Shown here one piece after another: positions 1 through 8,972 of a DNA stretch of 42,584 nt. Origin of the DNA: Salinibacterium sp. (lineage in GTDB: Bacteria > Actinomycetota > Actinomycetes > Actinomycetales > Microbacteriaceae). The stretch covers positions 1-42,584 of the forward strand of contig JANXTJ010000261.1 of the NCBI GenBank assembly GCA_025352485.1, in the 5' to 3' direction. The notes beneath the pieces were generated by a model, which worked only from the letters and a program-made list of their open reading frames with translations, had not been told where the DNA came from and made no database searches. The translations under genes were made by a program, and so were the position numbers. The number at the start of each line of letters is the position of its first letter. The first letter of the stretch is position 1.

Positions 1-942
1 GCCGGCTATACGGCCGCCATTTATGCCGCCCGTGCCAGCCTCTCGCCCCTACTCATCGCGAGTTCGGTAGAGGCCGGCGGCGAGCTCATGAAGACCACAG
101 AGGTCGAAAACTACCCCGGATTCGCCGAGGGCATTCAGGGCCCAGACCTCATGGTTGCTATGCAGGCCCAAGCCGAGCGATTCGGCACCGAGATCGTTCT
201 CGATGACGTGACAAAGCTCGAGCTCAAGGGCGATGTGAAACGGGTGACCCTCGGAAACGGCGACGTTCATGAGGCCCGCACCGTTATCTTCGCCACCGGC
301 TCCGCGTACCGCCATCTCGGCATCGCCGATGAAACGCGGCTCAGCGGTCACGGCGTTTCCTGGTGTGCCACCTGCGACGGTTTCTTTTTCCGCCAGAAGA
401 CAATTGCGGTGGTCGGGGGCGGCGACTCGGCGATGGAGGAGGCAACCTTCCTCACCCGCTTCGCCGACAAGGTTTATGTCATTCACCGCAAAGATTCGCT
501 GCGCGCGTCAAAGGCCATGCAGGAGCGGGCCTACGCCGACCCAAAGATCGAGTTTCTCTGGAACAAGGCCGTGGAGCACATCTACGGCGACGAGCTGGTC
601 ACCGGCATCGGCATGGTTGACACGGTGGATGGATCGCAGACCACGCTCGACCTGAGTGGGGTGTTCATCGCCATCGGTGCCGACCCACGCACCCACCTGG
701 TGCACGGGCAGCTCAACCTCAACCCCGATGGCACCATCGCCGTCGACGGGCGCTCGTCACGCACCAACATTGCCGGCGTTTTCGCTGCCGGTGACGTCAT
801 CGATCCGACCTACCGTCAGGCCGTCACCGCGGCCGGCTCCGGCACCGTTGCGGCCCTCGACGCTGAGCACTACCTCGCGGCCCATCCCCAGAACCTGCCG
901 GAACGGGCCAGCGCGCCCGAGCCGGCCACGGCATCCGCCTAG
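1..942 (+). CDS. trxB: Thioredoxin reductase (5'-partial; frame open from base 1)
   Basis: Frame 1 reads AGYTAAIYAARA...GGELMKTTEVENYPG; CATC redox motif, GGGDSAMEEA NADPH motif, VFAAGD; adjacent to thioredoxin. Confidence 0.97.
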   Translation, partial: AGYTAAIYAARASLSPLLIASSVEAGGELMKTTEVENYPGFAEGIQGPDLMVAMQAQAERFGTEIVLDDVTKLELKGDVKRVTLGNGDVHEARTVIFATGSAYRHLGIADETRLSGHGVSWCATCDGFFFRQKTIAVVGGGDSAMEEATFLTRFADKVYVIHRKDSLRASKAMQERAYADPKIEFLWNKAVEHIYGDELVTGIGMVDTVDGSQTTLDLSGVFIAIGADPRTHLVHGQLNLNPDGTIAVDGRSSRTNIAGVFAAGDVIDPTYRQAVTAAGSGTVAALDAEHYLAAHPQNLPERASAPEPATASA

Positions 943-958
943 AAAGTAAGGAAAAGCA

Positions 959-1285
959 ATGTCAGTAGCACCCGATGTGTCCGACGCCACGTTCCAGGAC
1001 GTGGTTCTCAACTCGACCGACACGATCATGGTCGACTTCTGGGCGGAGTGGTGCGGCCCGTGCCGCGCGGTTTCGCCCATTCTTGACGCGATCGCGGCCG
1101 AGAACCCCGACAAAATCAAGATCGTCAAGCTCAACGTCGACGACAATCCCCAGATGGCGATGAAGTACCAGATCACCTCTATCCCTGCCATGAAGGTTTT
1201 CCGCGGTGGCGAGGTCGTCAAGACCGTCATCGGCGCCAAGCCGAAGCCGGCTCTCGAGGCCGACCTCGCCGAGTTCTTGGCCTAA
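959..1285 (+). CDS. trxA: Thioredoxin
   Basis: WCGPC active site, 108 aa, AAGGA SD upstream. Confidence 0.97.
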   Translation: MSVAPDVSDATFQDVVLNSTDTIMVDFWAEWCGPCRAVSPILDAIAAENPDKIKIVKLNVDDNPQMAMKYQITSIPAMKVFRGGEVVKTVIGAKPKPALEADLAEFLA

Positions 1286-1341
1286 ATCGCCCAACTATTG
1301 CCATGGGTGATAGACCGCAGCACGGTTGTTACCCCGCACCG

Positions 1342-1376
1342 AAAATCCCCGCCCCGATCATGGGGCGGGGATTTTT
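1342..1376 (+). terminator. Intrinsic terminator after trxBA
   Basis: AAAATCCCCGCCCC-gatcat-GGGGCGGGGATTTT perfect 14-bp stem ending in a T run. Confidence 0.8.
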
Positions 1377-1424
1377 GCGTGGCAGACCATATCCTTGAAC
1401 CTTCGCGACGGAAAAGGGCGAAGC

Positions 1425-2729
1425 ATGACAAATCACGGCAATAACCTCGACCCCTGGTACGGCCACTACGCCGACCGCACCGCCGGGCTCGCCGCCTCAG
1501 AGGTTCGCGCTCTTTTTGCGGTGGCCTCCCGGCCCGAGGTTGTGTCGCTTGCCGGCGGGATGCCATTCGTTTCTGCTTTACCGAAAGAGCTGGTCAAGGC
1601 CGCTTTTGACCGTGTGATGTGCGACCAAGGGGCCGTTGCGCTTCAATACGGCTCCGGCCAGGGGCTGCCCGCTCTGCGCGAGCACATCCTCGAGGTCATG
1701 GCCTTGGAGGGCATCCGCGCGGGCGTCGACGACATCGTCGTCACCACCGGCTCACAGCACGCGCTCGAACTGGTCACGAAACTCTTCATCAACCCGGGAG
1801 ACGTGGTGCTTGCCGAAGGGCCGAGCTACGTCACGGCCTTGACGGTGTTCAAATCCTTTCAGGCCGAGGTCAGCCACGTGGCCATGGACGACCACGGCCT
1901 CATCCCCGAATCGCTGCGCGAGAGCATCGCTCGCGTTCGGGCGGCGGGCAAGACCATCAAGTTTCTGTACACGGTTCCGACCTTCAGTAACCCGGCCGGT
2001 GTGACACTGAGCTGGGAACGGCGACTGGAAATCGTCGAGATCTGCCGTACCAGCGGCATTCTGGTGCTGGAAGATAACCCGTACGGGCTGCTCTACTTCG
2101 AGGGTCAGCCGCCGCACGCGATGCGATCGGTCGAGGAAGACGGTGTGATCTACCTCGGCACCTTCTCGAAGACTCTCGCCCCCGGTTTCCGGCTCGGCTG
2201 GGCACTCGCCCCGCATGCCATCAGGGAAAAGCTGATCCTCGCCAATGAGGCCGCTGTCTTGTCCCCGAGCTCGCTCACCCAGCACATCGTCGCGGAATAC
2301 CTGTCGAGCTCCGACTGGCGCGGGCAGATCGGCACCTTCCGCGGCGTCTACCGCGAGCGTCGCGATGCCATGCTCACGGCGTTGGACGACTATCTTCCTG
2401 ACCTGAGTTGGACGCATCCGGCAGGAGGGTTCTACGTCTGGGTGAGCCTGCCAGAGAACCTCGACTCCAAGTCGATGCTCCCACGAGCGGTGAAAGAACT
2501 CGTCGCGTACACACCCGGCACAGCGTTCTACGCGGACGGTAACGGCCGCAACAAGATGCGGCTGTCGTTTTGCTACCCCACCCCCGACTTCATCCGGGAA
2601 GGCATTCGGCGGCTCTCGACGGTGATCAACGGCGAACTCGAACTGCTGACGACCTTCTCTCAGACCGCCCCACTGCCGGTGCAGCGCCCGGCATCGTCGA
2701 TGAGTAACCCGCCCGCGAATCTCGGCTGA
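1425..2729 (+). CDS. PLP-dependent class I/II aminotransferase (LysN/2-aminoadipate transaminase-like)
   Basis: SLAGGMP, YTVPTFSNPAG, EDNPY and GTFSKTLAPGFRLGW (PLP lysine) motifs; ATG 1425 chosen because it lies after the terminator. Confidence 0.9.
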   Translation: MTNHGNNLDPWYGHYADRTAGLAASEVRALFAVASRPEVVSLAGGMPFVSALPKELVKAAFDRVMCDQGAVALQYGSGQGLPALREHILEVMALEGIRAGVDDIVVTTGSQHALELVTKLFINPGDVVLAEGPSYVTALTVFKSFQAEVSHVAMDDHGLIPESLRESIARVRAAGKTIKFLYTVPTFSNPAGVTLSWERRLEIVEICRTSGILVLEDNPYGLLYFEGQPPHAMRSVEEDGVIYLGTFSKTLAPGFRLGWALAPHAIREKLILANEAAVLSPSSLTQHIVAEYLSSSDWRGQIGTFRGVYRERRDAMLTALDDYLPDLSWTHPAGGFYVWVSLPENLDSKSMLPRAVKELVAYTPGTAFYADGNGRNKMRLSFCYPTPDFIREGIRRLSTVINGELELLTTFSQTAPLPVQRPASSMSNPPANLG

Positions 2730-3682
2730 TGGCGGCCCCACGTGTACTCGTCCTCGCCGGCGGGATCTCCCACGAGCGGGATGTCTCGCTGCGCTCAGGG
2801 CGTCAGGTCGCCGACCGCCTCGCGGGGCACGGCGTCAGTGTCGAACTGAGAGACCCGGATGCCACGCTGCTGGGCTACCTTCGCGACTCCCGCCCCGACG
2901 TTGTCTGGCCCGCTCTGCACGGCGCCAGCGGCGAGGACGGCGCCCTACGTGGCCTCCTCGATGTGATCGGCGTTCCCTACGTCGGCTCACGCGCCGACGC
3001 GGCCAGACTGGCCTGGGACAAACCCACCGCCAAGACCATCGTGAACCGGGTGGGGGTTCGCACACCCGCCTCGATCACTCTGCCCCGTGACGCGTTCCGT
3101 GAACTTGGCGCGAACAGCATCCTCGAGCAGATTTCTGACGAGTTTTCTGGCCCACTGGTGGTCAAGCCCGCCCAGGGCGGCTCCGCGCAGGGCGTGACGA
3201 TGGTCGACGACCGCGCACTTCTTCCCCGCGCCATGGTCGATGCCTATACCTACTGGGATGTCGCCCTCATCGAGCAGCGCATCGCCGGCACCGAGATCGC
3301 GGTCGGCATCATCGACAGCGGTGACGGGCCCGTGGCGCTCCCGGCCGTGGAGATCGAGCCCGTCGCGGGCGTGTACAGCTTCGAGGCCAGATACAACGCT
3401 GGCGAGACCCGCTTCTACGTTCCGGCCCGCATCTCCGACGAGGCTGCCGCTCGCGCCGCCGCCGCCGCCTTGGCAGCGCACCGGGCACTGGGCCTGCGCC
3501 ACCTCTCTCGCGTCGACCTGATCATTGATGGCGCGGGTACCCCGTGGTTCCTCGAGGCGAATGTTCTTCCCGGGCTGACCGAAACCTCGATCCTGCCCCA
3601 GGCGCTTGAAGCCGCCGGACACGATCTGGGTTGGGTGTATTCCGCCCTCGCCGAGGCGGCCATCACGGAAGCCCGGGCGTAG
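2729..3682 (+). CDS. D-Ala-D-Ala ligase family ATP-grasp enzyme
   Basis: GGISHERDVSLRSG, LHGASGEDG, VKP, SRVD, EANVLPG motifs; TGATG overlap with the aminotransferase. Confidence 0.88.
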   Translation: MAAPRVLVLAGGISHERDVSLRSGRQVADRLAGHGVSVELRDPDATLLGYLRDSRPDVVWPALHGASGEDGALRGLLDVIGVPYVGSRADAARLAWDKPTAKTIVNRVGVRTPASITLPRDAFRELGANSILEQISDEFSGPLVVKPAQGGSAQGVTMVDDRALLPRAMVDAYTYWDVALIEQRIAGTEIAVGIIDSGDGPVALPAVEIEPVAGVYSFEARYNAGETRFYVPARISDEAAARAAAAALAAHRALGLRHLSRVDLIIDGAGTPWFLEANVLPGLTETSILPQALEAAGHDLGWVYSALAEAAITEARA

Positions 3683-3742
3683 CGCAACGCCCGCTGCCCC
3701 AGCGCACCGGGCGCCGCGCCGTGCGCAACGCCCGCGCAACCC

Positions 3743-4702
3743 TTACTTCGAGAAGCCCGGCTGCCCCAGCTCGCCCAAAATCCGATTGAGATCGCCCACG
3801 GTCGCGAAGTCAATGATGATCTGGCCCTTGCTCGCCCCCAGCGTCACCTTGACTCGCGTGTTGAGCCGATCGCCCAGTCGCTCGGCGACCTCATCCAGCT
3901 GACCCTGACGGCGGCCGGCAGCGGGCCGCGTCGGTTTGGGTCCGCGCGGTGAGAGCTGGCTGGCAGCCGCTTCCGCCGCACGCACCGAAAGGTCTTCGTT
4001 GACAATCTTCTCGGCGAGCCGCTCCATCGCCGCGGGATCACCGGCGGCAAGAATCGCCCGCGCATGGCCGGCGCTCAGCACTCCGGCAGCCACACGGCGT
4101 TGAATTGCTGCCGGCAGCTTGAGCAGACGCAGCGTGTTGGTAATTTGCGGTCGCGACCGCCCGATCCGAGTCGCGAGCTCTTCTTGGGTAATCCCAAAAT
4201 CAGCGAGCAACTGCTGGTAGGCCGAGGCCTCCTCCAGTGCGTTGAGGTTGGCCCTGTGCAAGTTCTCGAGCAGGGCATCCCGAAGCATGTCCTCGTCGGC
4301 CGTATTTTTGACCACGGCGGGGATCGTGGCGAGGCCGAGTTGCTTGGTCGCCCGAAGGCGACGCTCCCCCATGATCAGTTCGAAGTGTGGAGACTCCTTC
4401 GCCCCGGGAATGGGGCGCACGACGATGGGCTGCAAGACGCCGATCTCGCGGATGGAGACCACGAGCTCGTCGAGTTCTTCCTGCCGAAACTCCGTGCGTG
4501 GTTGCTGTGCGTTGGGCGCGATGTCGTCGGGCGAGAGGTTAGCCAACCGGGCCCCCGGTACGGGCAACAACGCCTGTCGATCACTGGTTGCCGCTGGGAA
4601 GAAGACATCAACGGGGCGTTCGGTTGAGGCGTCGTCGGATTCCGACCCCGGGATGAGGGCGCCGATGCCTCGACCTAGGCCGGTGCGCTTGGGGGTGGCC
4701 AT
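3743..4702 (-). CDS. parB: Chromosome partitioning protein ParB
   Basis: LGRGIGALI N-terminal ParA-interacting peptide, GVLQPIVVR, GERRLRA CTPase motif, HTH. Confidence 0.97.
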   Translation of the reverse strand: MATPKRTGLGRGIGALIPGSESDDASTERPVDVFFPAATSDRQALLPVPGARLANLSPDDIAPNAQQPRTEFRQEELDELVVSIREIGVLQPIVVRPIPGAKESPHFELIMGERRLRATKQLGLATIPAVVKNTADEDMLRDALLENLHRANLNALEEASAYQQLLADFGITQEELATRIGRSRPQITNTLRLLKLPAAIQRRVAAGVLSAGHARAILAAGDPAAMERLAEKIVNEDLSVRAAEAAASQLSPRGPKPTRPAAGRRQGQLDEVAERLGDRLNTRVKVTLGASKGQIIIDFATVGDLNRILGELGQPGFSK

Positions 4703-5619
4703 TATGCCGGCGCTCCGCGGTGAGAGATTTCTGCGGCCGCTTCGAGGTACGACAGCGAACCCGGCGACGTGCCGTCAAAACTAATCACGGTCTGGCCGAA
4801 GCTCGGTGCTTCCGAGATGCGCACGGACCTCGGGATGACCGTCCGAAGGACCTGCTCGGGGAAGTGTTCGCGCACATCTGCCACCACCTGATTGGCAAGG
4901 TTAGTGCGGGCATCGAACATGGTGAGCAGGATGGTGGAGACGGTCAGCCGCGGATTGAGGTGCCGTTCAATCAGTTGGATGTTGCTGAGCAGCTGACTCA
5001 GCCCCTCCAGCGCGTAGTACTCACACTGAATCGGAATGAGAACCTCATTTGCCGCGACAAACGCGTTAATCGTCAGCAATCCCAACGACGGTGGGCAATC
5101 GATAAAGACGTAGTGGAAGAGGTCGGGCGATTCGTTGAGGAAGGTCTCAAGCCCCGCGCGCAATCGCTGTTCGCGCGCGACCAGCGATACCAGTTCGATC
5201 TCGGCGCCCGCGAGGTGGATGGTGGCGGGAACGCAGTAAAGGGCATCAAATTCGGGGCTCTTCTGAACGACGTCGACCATGGGCTCGTCATTGATGATCA
5301 CGTCGTAAACACTCGCGGTGTCTGAGCGGTGTTCGACGCCCAGTGCCGTCGAGGCATTCCCCTGCGGGTCGAGATCGATGACCAGTACCCGCGCGCCCGA
5401 CCGAGCAAGGGCAGCGGCGAGATTCACGGTCGTGGTGGTCTTGCCCACGCCACCTTTTTGGTTCGCGACGGTCAGAATTCGTGTCTTCTCAGGGAGGGGC
5501 AAGCGATCTGCCGCCAGCGCTTGGCGACGACGGGTGATGTCGGCAAGCTCCCGAGCGAGTGGGGTGGAATCGTCGAAACTCGTTCTCGTTTCGGCGATGT
5601 CGCCTTCTGGATGTTTCAC
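4702..5619 (-). CDS. parA: Chromosome partitioning ATPase ParA
   Basis: Deviant Walker A NQKGGVGKTTT, DLDPQGNAS, IDCPPSLG; start uncertain (GTG 5619 with AAAGG SD preferred over TTG 5646). Confidence 0.95.
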   Translation of the reverse strand: MKHPEGDIAETRTSFDDSTPLARELADITRRRQALAADRLPLPEKTRILTVANQKGGVGKTTTTVNLAAALARSGARVLVIDLDPQGNASTALGVEHRSDTASVYDVIINDEPMVDVVQKSPEFDALYCVPATIHLAGAEIELVSLVAREQRLRAGLETFLNESPDLFHYVFIDCPPSLGLLTINAFVAANEVLIPIQCEYYALEGLSQLLSNIQLIERHLNPRLTVSTILLTMFDARTNLANQVVADVREHFPEQVLRTVIPRSVRISEAPSFGQTVISFDGTSPGSLSYLEAAAEISHRGAPA

Positions 5620-5627
5620 GTGAAACC
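5612..5627. promoter_or_regulatory. parS site
   Basis: TGTTTCACGTGAAACC, 15/16 match to TGTTTCACGTGAAACA. Confidence 0.93.
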
Positions 5628-5669
5628 TTTGGGCTGGCTCGAGCAACAGGGCTCGCGGAGGTCGGATGG

Positions 5670-6296
5670 TCAGTTCACTTTAGCCCGAAAGACCCTGGTC
5701 GCCTCCGGCGTCGTCCCCTCGCCGAGCGTCAGAACCTCGACGGCAGACAGGCGGGCCTTGCGGATTACTTTCCCCGCGGCGAGCACCTCGTCCGTAACTC
5801 TGGCACCCTTCATGAACAGCATCTCCCCGCCCTGGCGCAGCAAATGAACCGTTGCGGGGATCAACTTCACGAGCGCCGTCACGGCTCGTGCCGTCACTTG
5901 ATCCAGTGGCTCGTCGAGCTTGGTGTCTTCGGCACGCGCACGGATGACGCTCACGTTTTCTAGCCCGAGCCGTTTCGACTCTTCAAGAAGCCAGTCGACT
6001 CGTCGTTCCATCGGCTCGATGAGCACGAGCTGAACGTCGGGGCGGGCAATCGCGAGCACCAGCCCGGGTAGGCCAGCGCCACTTCCGATGTCACCGACAC
6101 GTCCGGGGTGCAGCAGTGGCGCGACCAGGGCACAGTTCACCACGTGTCGCGACCACAGCCGTGGCAGCTCAAGCGGACCGATGAGGCCCAGCTCCTCGCC
6201 ATGCGCCGCGAGGTGAGCGGTGTACAGCCGGGCGAGGGGCATCCGGTCTTCCCCGAATATGTCAGCCGCGTATGGTGGCTCGATCTCGACACTCAT
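5670..6296 (-). CDS. rsmG: 16S rRNA m7G527 methyltransferase
   Basis: DIGSGAGLPG SAM motif, VTARAV, LWSRH; canonical position next to parA. Confidence 0.95.
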   Translation of the reverse strand: MSVEIEPPYAADIFGEDRMPLARLYTAHLAAHGEELGLIGPLELPRLWSRHVVNCALVAPLLHPGRVGDIGSGAGLPGLVLAIARPDVQLVLIEPMERRVDWLLEESKRLGLENVSVIRARAEDTKLDEPLDQVTARAVTALVKLIPATVHLLRQGGEMLFMKGARVTDEVLAAGKVIRKARLSAVEVLTLGEGTTPEATRVFRAKVN

Positions 6297-6312
6297 AGTT
6301 TCACGTGAAACA
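6297..6312. promoter_or_regulatory. parS site
   Basis: AGTTTCACGTGAAACA, 15/16 consensus match. Confidence 0.93.
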
Positions 6313-6322
6313 TCGTGATCAA

Positions 6323-6338
6323 CGTTTCACGTGAAACT
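6323..6338. promoter_or_regulatory. parS site
   Basis: CGTTTCACGTGAAACT with perfect 14-bp core GTTTCACGTGAAAC. Confidence 0.9.
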
Positions 6339-6897
6339 ACGCGCGGGTCACGACGGTGTGGCGATCTCGACCCTCGCCCTCCGACGCAGAGGAGAAGCCG
6401 CGTTCGGAGACGATGTCGTGAACGAGCTTTCGCTCGTACGACGACATGGGGGGAAGGGATGCCGATTGCGCGCCCGCTTCGATTCGTTCGATGGCCGTGT
6501 CGACGAGAACCGCCAGCTCGGCTACGCGGGCCTCGCGGGATCCACCAATGTCGAGAATGAGGCGCGAAAAAGAGCCGGTCTTCGTCTGCACGGCGATGCG
6601 AGTCAGCTCCTGTAAGGCGTTGACGGTTTCCGGTCGGGAGAGCAGGCGAAGGTTGGTGTCTTCGCTTGAGGTCACCGAAAGGTAGGCGCGACCGCCGCGT
6701 GCATCGATCTCAATGTCGCCGTCGAGGTCGGTGATGTCGAGCAGCTCTTCGATGTAGTCGGCCGCGATGTCACCCTCCTCCTCGAGTTGACTGGGGGTAG
6801 GCGCTGCACCGTTCTGGGAGTCGACGTCGTCAGCGTCAACAGCCTCGACCTCGGTGATTTCACCCTCGGGTGCCTGGATGTCGGTCGCTTCACTCAT
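6337..6897 (-). CDS. jag: Jag/KhpB-family R3H RNA-binding protein
   Basis: EGDIAADYIEELLD, MSSYERKLVHD (R3H), SEGEGRDRH; follows yidC. Confidence 0.9.
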   Translation of the reverse strand: MSEATDIQAPEGEITEVEAVDADDVDSQNGAAPTPSQLEEEGDIAADYIEELLDITDLDGDIEIDARGGRAYLSVTSSEDTNLRLLSRPETVNALQELTRIAVQTKTGSFSRLILDIGGSREARVAELAVLVDTAIERIEAGAQSASLPPMSSYERKLVHDIVSERGFSSASEGEGRDRHTVVTRA

Positions 6898-7868
6898 CGC
6901 TTGCTATTTCCGCTCTTCTTCTTCGCACGGTTTTTGCTCACCGGCTGCTGACGTTGGGGGTTGATGGGTTCTTCGATCATGAGGGTTCCGCTCTCCGGAG
7001 CAAGTTGCTCGGTGATGACCGGGCGACGAAGCTGTCGCTTGGCGAGACGCGCTTCACGGGCGAGGGCTGCCTCACTGCCGGGAGTGGGCATGTTGCGGAT
7101 CACGAGGAACTGCTGAACCATCGTCCAGAAGTTCGAGACGAGCCAGTAGAACATCACGCCGAGCGGGAAAGTGAAGCCCGAGAAGGCAAAGACGAGGGGC
7201 AGCAGGTACAACAGGATGCGCTGCTGGCGATAGGTGGGGCTCGCCTTCATTTCGGCGGACTGGTTCTTCGACATGATCTGCAGTTGGGTGATGAACTGCG
7301 AACCGGTCATCAGGATCACCATGATGACGGCGATGATCTGCACCGCTGGTGTCGTGGCGGTGGAAAACGACTCGTGCAGCGGGGCGATCCCGAATAGCGA
7401 AGAGGTGCCAAAGGATTCGGAAAGCTGCTGGTTGAGCAAGCCGATGCCGGCCGGATGATCCGGATGCTGGGCGTTGCTGAGCACCGAGAACAGGCTGAAG
7501 AAGATCGGCATCTGGATCAGCAGCGGCAGGCACGAGCTCAGCGGGTTGGTGCCGGTCTTCTTGTAGAGGGCCATCGTCTCGCGCGACATGGCCTCGCGAG
7601 AGAACTGGTCTTTCTTGCCCTTGTACTTGTCCTGGATTTTCTTGATCTGAGGCGCAACCTCGAGCATGCGGCGTTGGCTTTTGATCTGCCGCACGAAGAT
7701 CGGGATGAGCGCGGCCCGGATAACGAGTACGAGCCCGACGATGGAAAGCACCCAGGTGAGGCCCTCGTCCGGACTAAATCCGATAGCGGTCCATAAAGTG
7801 TGGAAGGCAACAAGAATCGCCTCGACCACCCACTTGATGGGCCACAGTATTGTGCCGATGATGTCCAT
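6894..7868 (-). CDS. yidC: Membrane protein insertase YidC
   Basis: NPLSSCLPLLIQMPIF, YWLVSNFWTMVQQ, several TM helices. Confidence 0.96.
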   Translation of the reverse strand: MDIIGTILWPIKWVVEAILVAFHTLWTAIGFSPDEGLTWVLSIVGLVLVIRAALIPIFVRQIKSQRRMLEVAPQIKKIQDKYKGKKDQFSREAMSRETMALYKKTGTNPLSSCLPLLIQMPIFFSLFSVLSNAQHPDHPAGIGLLNQQLSESFGTSSLFGIAPLHESFSTATTPAVQIIAVIMVILMTGSQFITQLQIMSKNQSAEMKASPTYRQQRILLYLLPLVFAFSGFTFPLGVMFYWLVSNFWTMVQQFLVIRNMPTPGSEAALAREARLAKRQLRRPVITEQLAPESGTLMIEEPINPQRQQPVSKNRAKKKSGNSKR

Positions 7869-7876
7869 TGTTCGGG

Positions 7877-8203
7877 TCAGCCCTTTCCGTGGCTATTGGC
7901 AAGCTGTGCAGTGGGCACGACGAAACCGAAGCGCGTTATCGCGAACTTCTCGTGTCGGTCCGCGGGAATGTCATCGATGCCGCCGGCGGCCCACGGGTGA
8001 CAGCGGGCGATGCGGCGGGTGCCCAACCACACACCCCGCACCACGCCGTGATGCTGTATTGCCTGAAGCGTGTAATGCGAGCATGACGGGTAGTACCGGC
8101 AAACGTCGCCGTAGAGCGGTGAGATCACGACGCGATAGGCCCGCAGGATCAGCACGCACGCGTTTCGGGGTGCCAGCAATGCGAAAGTGACCGCGGTATT
8201 CAC
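7877..8203 (-). CDS. yidD: Membrane protein insertion efficiency factor YidD
   Basis: CRYYPSCSHY and RIARCHPWAAGGID motifs. Confidence 0.95.
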   Translation of the reverse strand: MNTAVTFALLAPRNACVLILRAYRVVISPLYGDVCRYYPSCSHYTLQAIQHHGVVRGVWLGTRRIARCHPWAAGGIDDIPADRHEKFAITRFGFVVPTAQLANSHGKG

Positions 8204-8541
8204 GGCCGCGCCATTTCCATGTTCATGCTCCCGGTGATCTCCGCGTGGAGACGGGCGAAGCTGGCGTCGCCTGAGGCGGGCAGCGCACGCACCACAACAT
8301 CCATCCCGCCCCCGGTGATGGCCAGCACATCAATGCCAACCGACCGAAGTCGACGTTTTACGCGATTGCGTGTCACGGCGTTGCCCACGGATTTCGCCAC
8401 GACAAAACCGAGGCGTGACGGCCCCAGCTGATCACGTCGAAGTACATGGAGAACCGTATTAGCCGCCACGACCCGACGGCCGCGTCGAAGAACGACGCGG
8501 AAGTCAGCGGGTCGGGTGACCCGGTTCACCCTCGGAAGCAC
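8200..8541 (-). CDS. rnpA: Ribonuclease P protein component
   Basis: RLGFVVAKSVGNAVTRNRVKRRLR (RNR motif). Confidence 0.95.
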   Translation of the reverse strand: MLPRVNRVTRPADFRVVLRRGRRVVAANTVLHVLRRDQLGPSRLGFVVAKSVGNAVTRNRVKRRLRSVGIDVLAITGGGMDVVVRALPASGDASFARLHAEITGSMNMEMARP

Positions 8542-8561
8542 CAGGGGACCGTGAAGTTGAA

Positions 8562-8699
8562 CTACGCGGACAGCTCGGTGCGGCCCTTGCGACGACGGGC
8601 ACCCAAAATGGCGCGACCCGCACGCGTACGCATGCGGAGACGGAAGCCGTGCACCTTGGAACGACGACGGTTGTTCGGCTGGAAAGTTCTCTTGCTCAT
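8562..8699 (-). CDS. rpmH: 50S ribosomal protein L34
   Basis: [45 protein letters not shown]; ATG at 8699. Confidence 0.98.
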   Translation of the reverse strand: MSKRTFQPNNRRRSKVHGFRLRMRTRAGRAILGARRRKGRTELSA

Positions 8700-8822
8700 A
8701 GTGATAGCTCCAAAGCCCAGCTTTGAAGCCGGAAAGAAGTGAGTAGCCCGAAGGCCGGAAGTCAACTGATTAAAAATACGGCCTTAATCGGGTGCGGTCA
8801 AACTTTACGGCCTTCCCGGGCA

Positions 8823-8948
8823 TTATCCACAGGGTAGCAACTGGGGTTAGTAACGACATGCTGTGGACAACTAAGGTAAAACTCAGCCGTTTCTCGGGGG
8901 TTATGCGGCCGTTAGTTGATCTGGTGGGCCGATATTAGCTGTGGATAA
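8823..8948. promoter_or_regulatory. DnaA boxes upstream of dnaA (autoregulation / left oriC part)
   Basis: TTATCCACA 8823-8831, TGTGGACAA 8862-8870, TGTGGATAA 8940-8948. Confidence 0.88.
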
Positions 8949-8972
8949 CCGTGTAGAAGCGGCGAAGAGGAT

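Noticed and set aside
1286-1341. Small hairpin after trxA as a possible ncRNA
   Set aside because: One 8-bp stem with a G-U pair and no family motif; insufficient evidence.
1326-1424. N-terminal extension of the aminotransferase in the ORF track
   Set aside because: It runs through the trxA terminator hairpin; ATG 1425 is the more plausible start.
3682-3742. 13-bp direct repeat GCGCAACGCCCGC (3682, 3723) between the ligase and parB
   Set aside because: Two copies in low-complexity GC-rich spacer; not a CRISPR array or a recognisable element.
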